Shown here: piece by piece, positions 29,951 to 38,271 of the stretch
Layout: each line of letters begins with the position of its first letter
How positions within the stretch are numbered: position 1 is the first letter of the stretch
Assembly (NCBI GenBank): GCA_028285625.1
Contig: JANQOX010000026.1
Location: 17,825-81,824 of the forward strand
Length of the DNA: 64,000 nt
From: Myxococcota bacterium
GTDB taxonomy: Bacteria; Myxococcota_A; UBA9160; UBA6930
Direction of reading: 5' to 3'
Translations under genes and position numbers: made by a program
The notes under the pieces: generated by a model
What the model was told of the DNA's origin: nothing
Database searches by the model: none
Seen by the model: only the letters and a program-made list of their open reading frames with translations

Positions 29951-32900
29951 ATGCTCAAGCTCCCCCTCGGTCGTACCGCCTGGTTCGGTCCCGTCCTGCT
30001 CACCGCCTCGATCCTGCTTGCCGCGCCCGAGGCCGTCCGCGCAATGGGCTGCAACATCGAGCCCTTCCCCGACAAGCCGCAGCGCGCGCAGTCGAGCCTG
30101 GGCGAGGCCGGCAACGGCCTGGTCGACCGCCGCATGGCGGGGCCTGGCGACTGGGTGACGCTGATCGCCGACCTCGGCTGCAAGCCCACCACGCCGAAGT
30201 TCCGGACCACCGACACCTATCGGCTCGAAGTGCTCGCCCAGGGCGGAAGCTTCGTCGAGGTGCCCGTCGACCAGTCCACCGTGCAGCTGCACGAGTGCCC
30301 CACGGGCCAGTCCGAGAACTGTGGGCGCGCGCGCTTCCCGCTGCCGGACCCGGTGGCGGCCCTCGGCATCGAGGTCGCCGGACCGGCGCGCCTGGCCGTC
30401 GATCGCGGCACCACCCGCATCTACAGCGTGGGCCAGCTGGCGGCCCCCGGCACGCAGTGCGACGCCGACAATGCGCCCGCCGACGTGGAGACCGGCGGCT
30501 TCGTCTTCCTGCCGCCCATGAACGTGGTTCAAGAGGGTGCCAACGCCGGCTGGCGACTCGCACTCGACTGGCAGGGGGACATCTGGACGCCCCAGGACAT
30601 GACGGCGCTCGTGGACGACCCGGGTGCGCCCCAGGCGGTCCTCACCGAGAGCCAGTCGCTGAGCATCGACCTCATCCCGACGGACCTTCCGCCGGGTGTC
30701 CCCGCCGGAACCCCGCTCGACTTCGTCGAGATCACCAACGATCGCGGTCAGGTGATTCCGCCCCTCGAAGAGGTCGTCGTGATCGACCCCAGCGCTCCGC
30801 GCAAGGCAATCCTCGGGTCGACCGACGTGCTGCGCTCGGTGCTCGAGCTTCGCCAGCAGGTGACGGTCGAGGACGCCAGCGGCACCTCGATCTCCGTGGA
30901 CTATCCCGTGCCGTTCGCGGCGCTGCGCGTGGGGGCGGGGCCCATCATCGCCCCGGATGCGGTCTCGATCACCAAGATCGGGACGACCGATCTCACCGCA
31001 TTCCGCACCAACGACGGCAACTACGTGGCCGGCGTCGAAGAGACCCCGGCGTTCAACAATGGCGATGGCGACCTCACCGATGCCCTGGCGCAGTACCAGA
31101 GCCTCGAAGTGGGCGCGACGACGCTGGCCACCGGACAGGCCCTGGCGCAGATCTCCGGCTCGCCCCGAACCCCCGCCATCGCGGTGGAGCAGACGCCCGA
31201 CAGCGACATCTTCGCGTTCGTCCAGGGCGGCGTCGCTTCTCGCGAGCAGCTCACGCCGGCGGGCAGCCTCGTCCGCGATGCCGTGCGCGTCTACGACGGC
31301 GCGACCGAACTCACGCCGAACCCACCGCTCTTCTCGATCGTCCCCGAACGGCAGGTGGAGGGCGGCCTGCTGTCCATCGCGGGCGGGACCGTGTTCTCGA
31401 TCGTGAGCGAGCCCGACCTGCTGCCGGACGAACTCGGCCGTGTCACCGACGACACGGCGGCATCGGGCGCGCCGCGCGTCGACGCTGCCGGGGAGCGCGT
31501 GGCGCACGAGAGCCAGTCGGCCGGCGGAGTGCGTCAGATCGTGTTGTCCGACCGCGAGGGCCTGGTTCCGGCCGAGGCCATGAGCCCGGTCGGTGGACCG
31601 CCCGGCGCCTTCGACGCCAAGAACCCTGCGCTGGCCGCGGCGAGCGGCGATACGGTGGCCTTCCAGTCGCGCTCGACCTACGGCCTGCCCATCGGCGGTG
31701 GTAGCGGCGGCGGGGGCACCGTGGTCGTCGAGCAGGGCGTGAACTTCCGCGGTCGCATCAACGCAGACCCGCCCTTCTTCTTTCCCGACGCCTCACTGCT
31801 CTTCGACCTGCTTCCCGGCGAGGACACGCCCGGCCTGGGCGACTGGTCGGGCTGCACGCCCGAGCTGATCGGGCCGTTTCCCACCGGCATCGAGCTGATC
31901 TTCCTCGACGACCCGGGCCTGCAGCAGCAGGGCACCTTCATGGCCTACCTGAGCGCGCCCTACCCGGGCGTGTTCGTGGACGACTGCCACTTCGAGATCC
32001 AGGTGGTCGGCATCTACCAGGCGACCGAGACGCCGCCGGTTCCCGGCACCGTGCTCTCCCTGGCCGGCGACGTCGTGTTCCAGGACCTCGACCCCGCCCT
32101 GCCCGGCACGGTCACGAACCCGCGCTTCGAGAGCACGCTGATCGTCGGCGACCCGGTTCCGGCCGGCCATGAACTCTCGGGCTTCTTCGCACTGCTCGCC
32201 GAGCAGGCGGGCCCGGCCGTGGCCGAGCAGGTGTTCCTCGCCGTCTCGGGCACGCCCGGCGTTTCACTGCTCTCGGCCAATGCAGCCGGTGACCCGGGCG
32301 ATGGCGACTCGGGCAACGCCGAGCTCTCGTCGGATGGCGGCTTCGCCGCATACGACACGGCCAGCACCAACCTGGTCGCCTCGGCGGCCGCACGGTCGGT
32401 CGTGGTCGTACCGCTCGACCCCGACGGCAACGGCGTCCCGGCCGAGCCCGGCACCCTGGCCCCGATCCTCGCGAGCGTCGATGCGGCGGGGGCGCCCCTC
32501 GGTGGCACCAGCTCACGGCCGCGACTCTCGCGAGACGGCCTTTCGCTGGTGTTCCTCACCGACGCGCCTGTGGATGCGAGCGACACGAACGCCTCCACCG
32601 ACGCGGTCTTCGTCGACCTCGACCCCGACGGCAACGGCAGCATCGAGCCCGGCTCGTTCGTCGGCGTGCGCGTCAGCACCGACGCCCTTGGCCAGAACGT
32701 GGCCGGGACCGTCTTCGACGCCGACCTCGGTGGCGATGGCACGCTGGTGGCCTTCTCGGGCGACGGGGCCTACGTGCCGGACGACGGCAACGGGGCCTCG
32801 GACGTCTACCTGCTCGATCTGGCGGACGGAACGCTCGAGCGCATCAGCGTGGATCTCGGGCTCGCCGAGACGAACGGCGCCTCGGACCAGGCGTCGGTCT

Positions 32901-34996
32901 CGGACGATCAGCAGGCGGTGGTCTTCCGCAGCGACGGCGCCCTGCTACCGGGCGCGACGGGCACGAACGTCTACCGCTTCCTGGTCAAGAAGGGTGGCCT
33001 CGAACTCGTGAGCCTCGGCGCCACCGCAGCCGGCCGGCCCGATGCCAATGCCGACGGCAACGTCGTCGTGTTCGACTCGGCGGACCCGCTGGTGCCCGGC
33101 GACGCGGGCGCGCCCGAGGACGTCTTCGCCCTCACCAAGGTGGACGACGGCACGATCACGAGCCTGAACGACTTCCCGGGCGAGGGACTCCCCGACGACG
33201 ACCTCGGCGACCCGCTGCTCGAGGCGTTCGACACGACGTCGGCGGCCGCGCTCGCCGGCTCGCGCATCGCGGCCAACTCGGCGCAGACCGCACCGGGCGT
33301 GGCTCCCGTGCGAGGGCTCGCGCTCGTCTCGGTGCCCGAGGACCTTCAGGGCGGACTCGACCTGAACGATGCGACCCGCACGCGGCTCCCCGAGTCGGCG
33401 ACGAGCCCCGAGGCCGACGCCGACGACGACGTGCTCTTCCTCTACCGGGCCCGCGACGCGGTGGGCATTGCCGACGCCAAGGAGAACCTGGGTGTCGCCG
33501 TGGCCGGCGAGCAGTACGACCTCTCGTCCCGCGTCGCGTGCTTCGCAATCGACGAGGCGGATCAGAGCACCGAACTGAACGGCAACGCCAGCGACGAGGC
33601 CGTGCTCGGCTGGATCACCACCGACGGCGCCTTCGGCACCGAGATCGTCCACAACGCGGGCTTCGCCGTGCAGGACGTGGCGGCGGTGGACCTCGCGAGC
33701 GGGCCGGCCTGCCTGGCGCTGGTGGACGAGGCGCGCCAGCCGGCGTCGAACCCGGCGCTGCCGTGCATCGGCGGGGGTAGCTTCTGCGACCTCGACGGCG
33801 ACGGTACGGCGACCACCGTGCCCGTGGTCCTCGATACCACGAGCGGCGCCATCGCCAACGTGGGTCTCCCCGCCACCGGCTTCGAGCTGGGGCCCGAGGG
33901 CCATGCCCTCTTCCTGGTGCCCGAGGCCGTGCACGGCGTCGACGCCAACGGCAACGGCGTGCTCGGGCAGACCGTGCCGTGGTTCCTCGACCTCGATACC
34001 GCGCTGGCCGGACCCGCCGGTCCGGGCCCGGGCGTGAGCGACCTGGCCGTTCCGCTCGGCCCTGCCTGGGCCGAGTGCAGCGAGCCCGCGTGCGAAGCGT
34101 TCGGCCTGGCGAAGGTCGGGGCCCTGGTGATCTCCTACGCCGGGCGCGAGTCGGACAACCGCTTCGGACCGTTCTGCCGCGCGCTCTCGGGCATCTGCGA
34201 CGCCAATGCCGACGGGCGCGAGACCAAGGTGATCTGGACCGCCTCGATCGACGACGGCGTCGTCTCGCGCGTGGTCGCCCAGCGCTTCGACGCCAACCAG
34301 TCGGCGCCGATCCACCCGGTGCAGGTGGCGGGCCGCACGGTCTTCCACCGCGAACTCACCGAGTGCGCAGCGGCCGAGCTTCGGTGCCAGGCCGAGACGG
34401 GCTTCGCGACGCCCGAACCCAGCCCCGAAGCGATCGTCATCGAACCGGGTTCGTGCGAATCGGCAGTCGACGTCGTGCCACCGTTCGGCGAGCTCGGCTG
34501 CATCGAGCCCTTGCTGTTCCTGGACTCGGACCTCGACGGAGACGGCGTGAAGGCCCTGGTCGACAACTCGCCGTTCTCGAACACGGCGCAGCGCGACGGG
34601 GACAACGACGGCTACGGCGACGGCTTCGACCTGGAGCCGGGCAGCCTGGCGCCGGTCTTCCTGTTCGACGGCGACTTCGACGGCGATGGCGACGTCGACC
34701 AGGACGACCTCGATGCGGTGCAGGCCGAGCGGGGGCGTACCGCCCGCGACCTGGGCTTCGGTGGGCTGGCCGTGGCCGGCTTCGACGCCTTCGACCTCAA
34801 CCTGAACGGCGTCATCGACATCGGAGACGTCCTGGCCGTGATCAACCGCTGCACCCTGCCGGGCTGCGAGGTGATCGACCCGGCCCCGCCCGCGGCCCCT
34901 GCGGGAGGCTCGGGCGCTCGCTGTGGCCTGCTGGGCCTCGAGCCCCTGGTGCTTCTCGCACCCTGGCTCGCCCGCCGCTGGCGGCGCCGGGACTAG
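29951..34996 (+). CDS. Large secreted surface protein: TolB/PD40-like repeats, TSP3-like Ca repeats, dockerin-like module, Cys-containing C-terminal sorting-like tail
   Basis: Signal peptide; repeats such as LSSDGGFAAYDT, LSRDGLSLVF, DGTLVAFS; D.D.DG motifs; tail CGLLGLEPLVLLAPWLARRWRRRD. Confidence 0.8.
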   Translation: MLKLPLGRTAWFGPVLLTASILLAAPEAVRAMGCNIEPFPDKPQRAQSSLGEAGNGLVDRRMAGPGDWVTLIADLGCKPTTPKFRTTDTYRLEVLAQGGSFVEVPVDQSTVQLHECPTGQSENCGRARFPLPDPVAALGIEVAGPARLAVDRGTTRIYSVGQLAAPGTQCDADNAPADVETGGFVFLPPMNVVQEGANAGWRLALDWQGDIWTPQDMTALVDDPGAPQAVLTESQSLSIDLIPTDLPPGVPAGTPLDFVEITNDRGQVIPPLEEVVVIDPSAPRKAILGSTDVLRSVLELRQQVTVEDASGTSISVDYPVPFAALRVGAGPIIAPDAVSITKIGTTDLTAFRTNDGNYVAGVEETPAFNNGDGDLTDALAQYQSLEVGATTLATGQALAQISGSPRTPAIAVEQTPDSDIFAFVQGGVASREQLTPAGSLVRDAVRVYDGATELTPNPPLFSIVPERQVEGGLLSIAGGTVFSIVSEPDLLPDELGRVTDDTAASGAPRVDAAGERVAHESQSAGGVRQIVLSDREGLVPAEAMSPVGGPPGAFDAKNPALAAASGDTVAFQSRSTYGLPIGGGSGGGGTVVVEQGVNFRGRINADPPFFFPDASLLFDLLPGEDTPGLGDWSGCTPELIGPFPTGIELIFLDDPGLQQQGTFMAYLSAPYPGVFVDDCHFEIQVVGIYQATETPPVPGTVLSLAGDVVFQDLDPALPGTVTNPRFESTLIVGDPVPAGHELSGFFALLAEQAGPAVAEQVFLAVSGTPGVSLLSANAAGDPGDGDSGNAELSSDGGFAAYDTASTNLVASAAARSVVVVPLDPDGNGVPAEPGTLAPILASVDAAGAPLGGTSSRPRLSRDGLSLVFLTDAPVDASDTNASTDAVFVDLDPDGNGSIEPGSFVGVRVSTDALGQNVAGTVFDADLGGDGTLVAFSGDGAYVPDDGNGASDVYLLDLADGTLERISVDLGLAETNGASDQASVSDDQQAVVFRSDGALLPGATGTNVYRFLVKKGGLELVSLGATAAGRPDANADGNVVVFDSADPLVPGDAGAPEDVFALTKVDDGTITSLNDFPGEGLPDDDLGDPLLEAFDTTSAAALAGSRIAANSAQTAPGVAPVRGLALVSVPEDLQGGLDLNDATRTRLPESATSPEADADDDVLFLYRARDAVGIADAKENLGVAVAGEQYDLSSRVACFAIDEADQSTELNGNASDEAVLGWITTDGAFGTEIVHNAGFAVQDVAAVDLASGPACLALVDEARQPASNPALPCIGGGSFCDLDGDGTATTVPVVLDTTSGAIANVGLPATGFELGPEGHALFLVPEAVHGVDANGNGVLGQTVPWFLDLDTALAGPAGPGPGVSDLAVPLGPAWAECSEPACEAFGLAKVGALVISYAGRESDNRFGPFCRALSGICDANADGRETKVIWTASIDDGVVSRVVAQRFDANQSAPIHPVQVAGRTVFHRELTECAAAELRCQAETGFATPEPSPEAIVIEPGSCESAVDVVPPFGELGCIEPLLFLDSDLDGDGVKALVDNSPFSNTAQRDGDNDGYGDGFDLEPGSLAPVFLFDGDFDGDGDVDQDDLDAVQAERGRTARDLGFGGLAVAGFDAFDLNLNGVIDIGDVLAVINRCTLPGCEVIDPAPPAAPAGGSGARCGLLGLEPLVLLAPWLARRWRRRD

Positions 34997-35016
34997 CCCC
35001 AGGGGAACTCCTGCTG

Positions 35017-35054
35017 CAGCGGCCGGGACCTTTGTCCCGGCCGCTGGGCGTTTT
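35017..35054 (+). terminator. Perfect 13-bp stem-loop with short U tract (terminator or RNA stability element)
   Basis: CAGCGGCCGGGAC-CTTT-GTCCCGGCCGCTG (35017-35046) then GGCGTTTT. Confidence 0.65.
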
Positions 35055-35092
35055 CCTGTCACCTGCGCCCCCGGGATGGCCACTTACTGGCC

Positions 35093-35731
35093 ATGGCACC
35101 CCTCCGCGCAGTGTCCGTTCGCGCTTTCCTGTGGGCCCTTCTGGTCGCGCTGCCGCTGCTGGCGGTCGGCCCGGCAGGGGCCGTCTCGATCGAGCTCGTC
35201 GCTCAGGGCGCCAACCCGAACAACCTGAAGCCGGGCGACGTGCTGCTCGTGGATGTCCGTGTGAGCGGCCTCGGGAGCTTCACGGCCCCCACCGTCGGCG
35301 CCTTCGACCTCACCGCGACCTTCGGTGATCCGATTCTCACCGTCGACTCGCTCACCTACGGTACGGGGCTCTCGGCTCCGGGCTTCCCGAGCCAGCCGCT
35401 CCCGCCGGTGCTGGGTACGGGCCTGGCTCAGGGCGCCGAGCTGGTGGCCGCCGACCCCGGCGCCTGCGGCGCAGTCGAGTCCGTGCAGGCCGACTCCTTC
35501 TCGCTGTTCACGCTGTCGTTCACCGCGGGCGCCGTGGGCAGCACCGAGGTGGCACTGATCGACGCGCCACCCACGAATGGCCTCTTCCTGTTCGATTGCT
35601 CGTTCACACCGATCCCCCTCGAGGTCGAACCGGCGAGCCTGTCGGTGGTCGTCCGCGAGGTGGCCGAGCCGGCCTCGCTGCTCGGCGCCCTGGCCCTGCT
35701 CTTCGTGCGCCGGCGGCGCGCGAACCCCTAG
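35093..35731 (+). CDS. Cohesin-like domain protein with PEP-CTERM-like tail (VAEP variant)
   Basis: Signal peptide; PGDVLLVDVRV..GAFDLTATF..ILTVDSLTYG..LFTLSFTA..GSTEVAL beta-sandwich pattern; VAEPASLLGALALLFVRRRR. Confidence 0.7.
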   Translation: MAPLRAVSVRAFLWALLVALPLLAVGPAGAVSIELVAQGANPNNLKPGDVLLVDVRVSGLGSFTAPTVGAFDLTATFGDPILTVDSLTYGTGLSAPGFPSQPLPPVLGTGLAQGAELVAADPGACGAVESVQADSFSLFTLSFTAGAVGSTEVALIDAPPTNGLFLFDCSFTPIPLEVEPASLSVVVREVAEPASLLGALALLFVRRRRANP

Positions 35732-35763
35732 CCAGTAGCGCGCACGCGAACCAAACTCCCGCC

Positions 35764-37314
35764 ATGTCCTGGTCTCGGGCCCTGGCGGCCGTGGGCGCCT
35801 CGGCGGTGCTGTTCGCGCTCGCGTACCCGCCCGTGTCGCTGCGCCCGCTCGCGTTCGTGGCCCTCGCGCCGTTGTTCGTCGCGTTGCGCACCGGCGGCGC
35901 CTGGCGCGCCGTGCTGCTTGCGGGGATCTGGGCGCAACTCACGTCCTACCTCGTGGGCGATGCGCTTCCCGCGTCGGTCGAGCGCTACTTCGCGCAGCCG
36001 CCGCTCGCGAGCTTCGGGTTCGCCTCGCTCGTCTTCCTGGTCACCGCCAGCATCTACTTCCTGCCGCTCCCGCTGGTCTACCGCCGGCTGGCGCGACGGG
36101 GGCCGGGACCCTGGCTGCCCCTGGGCGTCGCGGCCGCGTGGGCGGCGATCGAACTGGCACGGGCTCGGCTGGCGACGGGGACCGCCTTCTGGGGCGCCCC
36201 CTGGGCGCTGTTCGGCTACTCCCAGGTGGGCTTCGACCCGCTGGTGCAGGTGGCCTCGCTCGGGGGCACCTACCTCGTGAGCTTCGTGCTGGTGGCGCCC
36301 TCGGCCGCGCTCGCCGAGTGGTGGCTGGCGCGGGGCACCGCGGGGGCAAGGCCCGCGCGCACGGCCATCTGGATCTCGTTCGCACCGGCGCTACTCGCGC
36401 TCGTCTACGGCGGTGTCGTACTGCAGCGTGCGGAGCTTCCCGATCCGTCCACCGAGGTCTCGGTGGGGGTGGTGCAGGCCGACGTCCAACTCAACGTACA
36501 ATGGCGGCCCGAGAAGACGGGGCGCAATCTCGACGCCTACCTCGACCAGAGTGCCGAGCTGCTGGCGGGCGGGGACGTCGACGTGGTGGTCTGGTCGGAG
36601 TCGTCCATGAGCTTCCACCTGGACCGCTCACCGGCATTCCTGCGTTCGATTGCGCGCACGCTCTCGCGCGGCGACGCCGAGTTGCTGGCCGGAGGCCCAA
36701 GCGGCGTGGATGGCGAGCCGCCGCGCTACCACAACAGCGTATTCGCCGTATCTCCCGTCGGTGAGATCACCGGGCGCTACGACAAGCAGCGCCTGGTTCC
36801 CTTCGGCGAGTTCGTCCCGCTCCAGCAGCTCGACATCATGCGGAGGCGCTTTGCAGGCACACGCTCGTTCTCGCCGGGCGGCGAGGCGGTGCTGCTGCCC
36901 ACGCGAGCGGGGCCCGCAGGCGTGCTCGTGTGCAACGAGGCCATGCTTCCGAGCATGGCGGGCCTGCGTGCGCGCGCGGGCGCCACCTGGCTGGTCAGCC
37001 CGTCGAACGACTCGTGGATCGCACGCGAGCGATGGGCGCGCATGACCTTCGATCTGGTGTCCATGCGCGCCGTCGAACAGCGGCGCTATCTGGTGCGGGC
37101 GTCGAGCTCCGGTCCCTCCGGCGTGGTCGACCCCTACGGGCGCGTGCTCGCCCGCACGCGCGCGGCCAGCGAAGCCCTGGTCTCGGGGCCGGTACGGCCG
37201 ATGCACGCCCTCTCGGTCTACGGGCGGGTCGGCGACCTGTTCGCGCTGCTTTGCGCGGCCATGGTGGCCATTGCCCTGGTCGCGGTGGGGCGCGCGCCGA
37301 AGCGCGAGACCTAG
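35764..37314 (+). CDS. lnt: Apolipoprotein N-acyltransferase
   Basis: N-terminal TMs, PW...GYSQ, catalytic E (WSES), K (YDKQRLVPFGE), C (LVCNE), RAVE.RR. Confidence 0.92.
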   Translation: MSWSRALAAVGASAVLFALAYPPVSLRPLAFVALAPLFVALRTGGAWRAVLLAGIWAQLTSYLVGDALPASVERYFAQPPLASFGFASLVFLVTASIYFLPLPLVYRRLARRGPGPWLPLGVAAAWAAIELARARLATGTAFWGAPWALFGYSQVGFDPLVQVASLGGTYLVSFVLVAPSAALAEWWLARGTAGARPARTAIWISFAPALLALVYGGVVLQRAELPDPSTEVSVGVVQADVQLNVQWRPEKTGRNLDAYLDQSAELLAGGDVDVVVWSESSMSFHLDRSPAFLRSIARTLSRGDAELLAGGPSGVDGEPPRYHNSVFAVSPVGEITGRYDKQRLVPFGEFVPLQQLDIMRRRFAGTRSFSPGGEAVLLPTRAGPAGVLVCNEAMLPSMAGLRARAGATWLVSPSNDSWIARERWARMTFDLVSMRAVEQRRYLVRASSSGPSGVVDPYGRVLARTRAASEALVSGPVRPMHALSVYGRVGDLFALLCAAMVAIALVAVGRAPKRET

Positions 37315-37324
37315 CGCGTCGCGC

Positions 37325-38236
37325 CTACGCGTCGGGCTCGCCGGGATCCGTCATCACGTACTCGGCGAGCCGTCTCCAGCCGGGCCCCGCCGCGTAGGCC
37401 ACGCCGAGCAGGCGCTCGGCACGCGCGCGGTCGCCCGCACCGAGCAGGGCGATCCCGGTCCAGAAGGCGATCTCGGGCTGGTCCGGGGCCAGCCGAGTGG
37501 CTTCCTCCGCGTGGGTTCGAGCCTCTTCCACGCGGCCGGTTCCGGCCGCGGCCATGGTCGCGCGCATGGCATCATAGGCTCGAGCGCGGACCAGCAGACG
37601 CCGAAGCTCGATCAGGGGCTCCGTGTGGTCGTCGACGCGCACGTCGAGCAGGCGCCCCGCCGACGGATCACCGCCGCGCTCGCCCGCCACGACCAGCAGC
37701 GCCGCACTCTGCTTGCCGCGCATGTCGCCCCCACGTGCCTCGCCCGCGTCGAGTGCATCCATCATCCGCTCGGCCAGTGGGCCTCGAGAAGACGCGTACG
37801 CATCGGCCATGGCATTCCAGACCGCATCGCTCGCGAGCATGTTGCCCTGGGATGCGAAGCCGTCGCCGATCACGCCCCCTGCCTCGGGGATGCAGCCGTC
37901 GCCGCTGTGCTGGGCCACCCCCCCTGCCGCGTCGATCAGCGCGACCTGCCGGACCGCGGCGCCGGGGTCGTCGCCGACGATGGCTGCGAGCGCATCCGCA
38001 GCACCCTCACCTCGTTCCATGCGGCCGAGTCCCTTCGGACCGTAGGCCGGGTCGACCAGCGCCTGGGTCGCCACCACACCCACGCCCGCGAGTCCCCACG
38101 GCACCGTGGCACCCACGGAGAAGTAGTGGCTCTGCACGGCGATTCCCAACGACCCGCTGTCGGGGCACCGCGCCACCAGCGAGTAGGTCGCGACGGGCGG
38201 GAACAGATCTCGGGAGGGTTCAGAGGGCGTGGGCAC
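37325..38236 (-). CDS. DUF1028 (Ntn-hydrolase-like) protein with C-terminal TPR-like helices
   Basis: TYSLVAR..GIAVQS..VGA.VPW..GVVATQA, QGNML, GGD.RGKQSAAL, RVDDH. Confidence 0.88.
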   Translation of the reverse strand: MPTPSEPSRDLFPPVATYSLVARCPDSGSLGIAVQSHYFSVGATVPWGLAGVGVVATQALVDPAYGPKGLGRMERGEGAADALAAIVGDDPGAAVRQVALIDAAGGVAQHSGDGCIPEAGGVIGDGFASQGNMLASDAVWNAMADAYASSRGPLAERMMDALDAGEARGGDMRGKQSAALLVVAGERGGDPSAGRLLDVRVDDHTEPLIELRRLLVRARAYDAMRATMAAAGTGRVEEARTHAEEATRLAPDQPEIAFWTGIALLGAGDRARAERLLGVAYAAGPGWRRLAEYVMTDPGEPDA

Positions 38237-38271
38237 GGGCTCTCGGTCGCGTGGCTGGGGCCGGCATTCTA

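Noticed and set aside
22916..31507. Very long minus-strand ORFs (22916..27457, 27572..31507) and similar antisense ORFs (95..1597, 12968..15457, 32945..35083, 50590..53214, 55186..58149)
   Set aside because: Shadow ORFs opposite well-supported genes; expected at this GC content and with no recognisable motifs.
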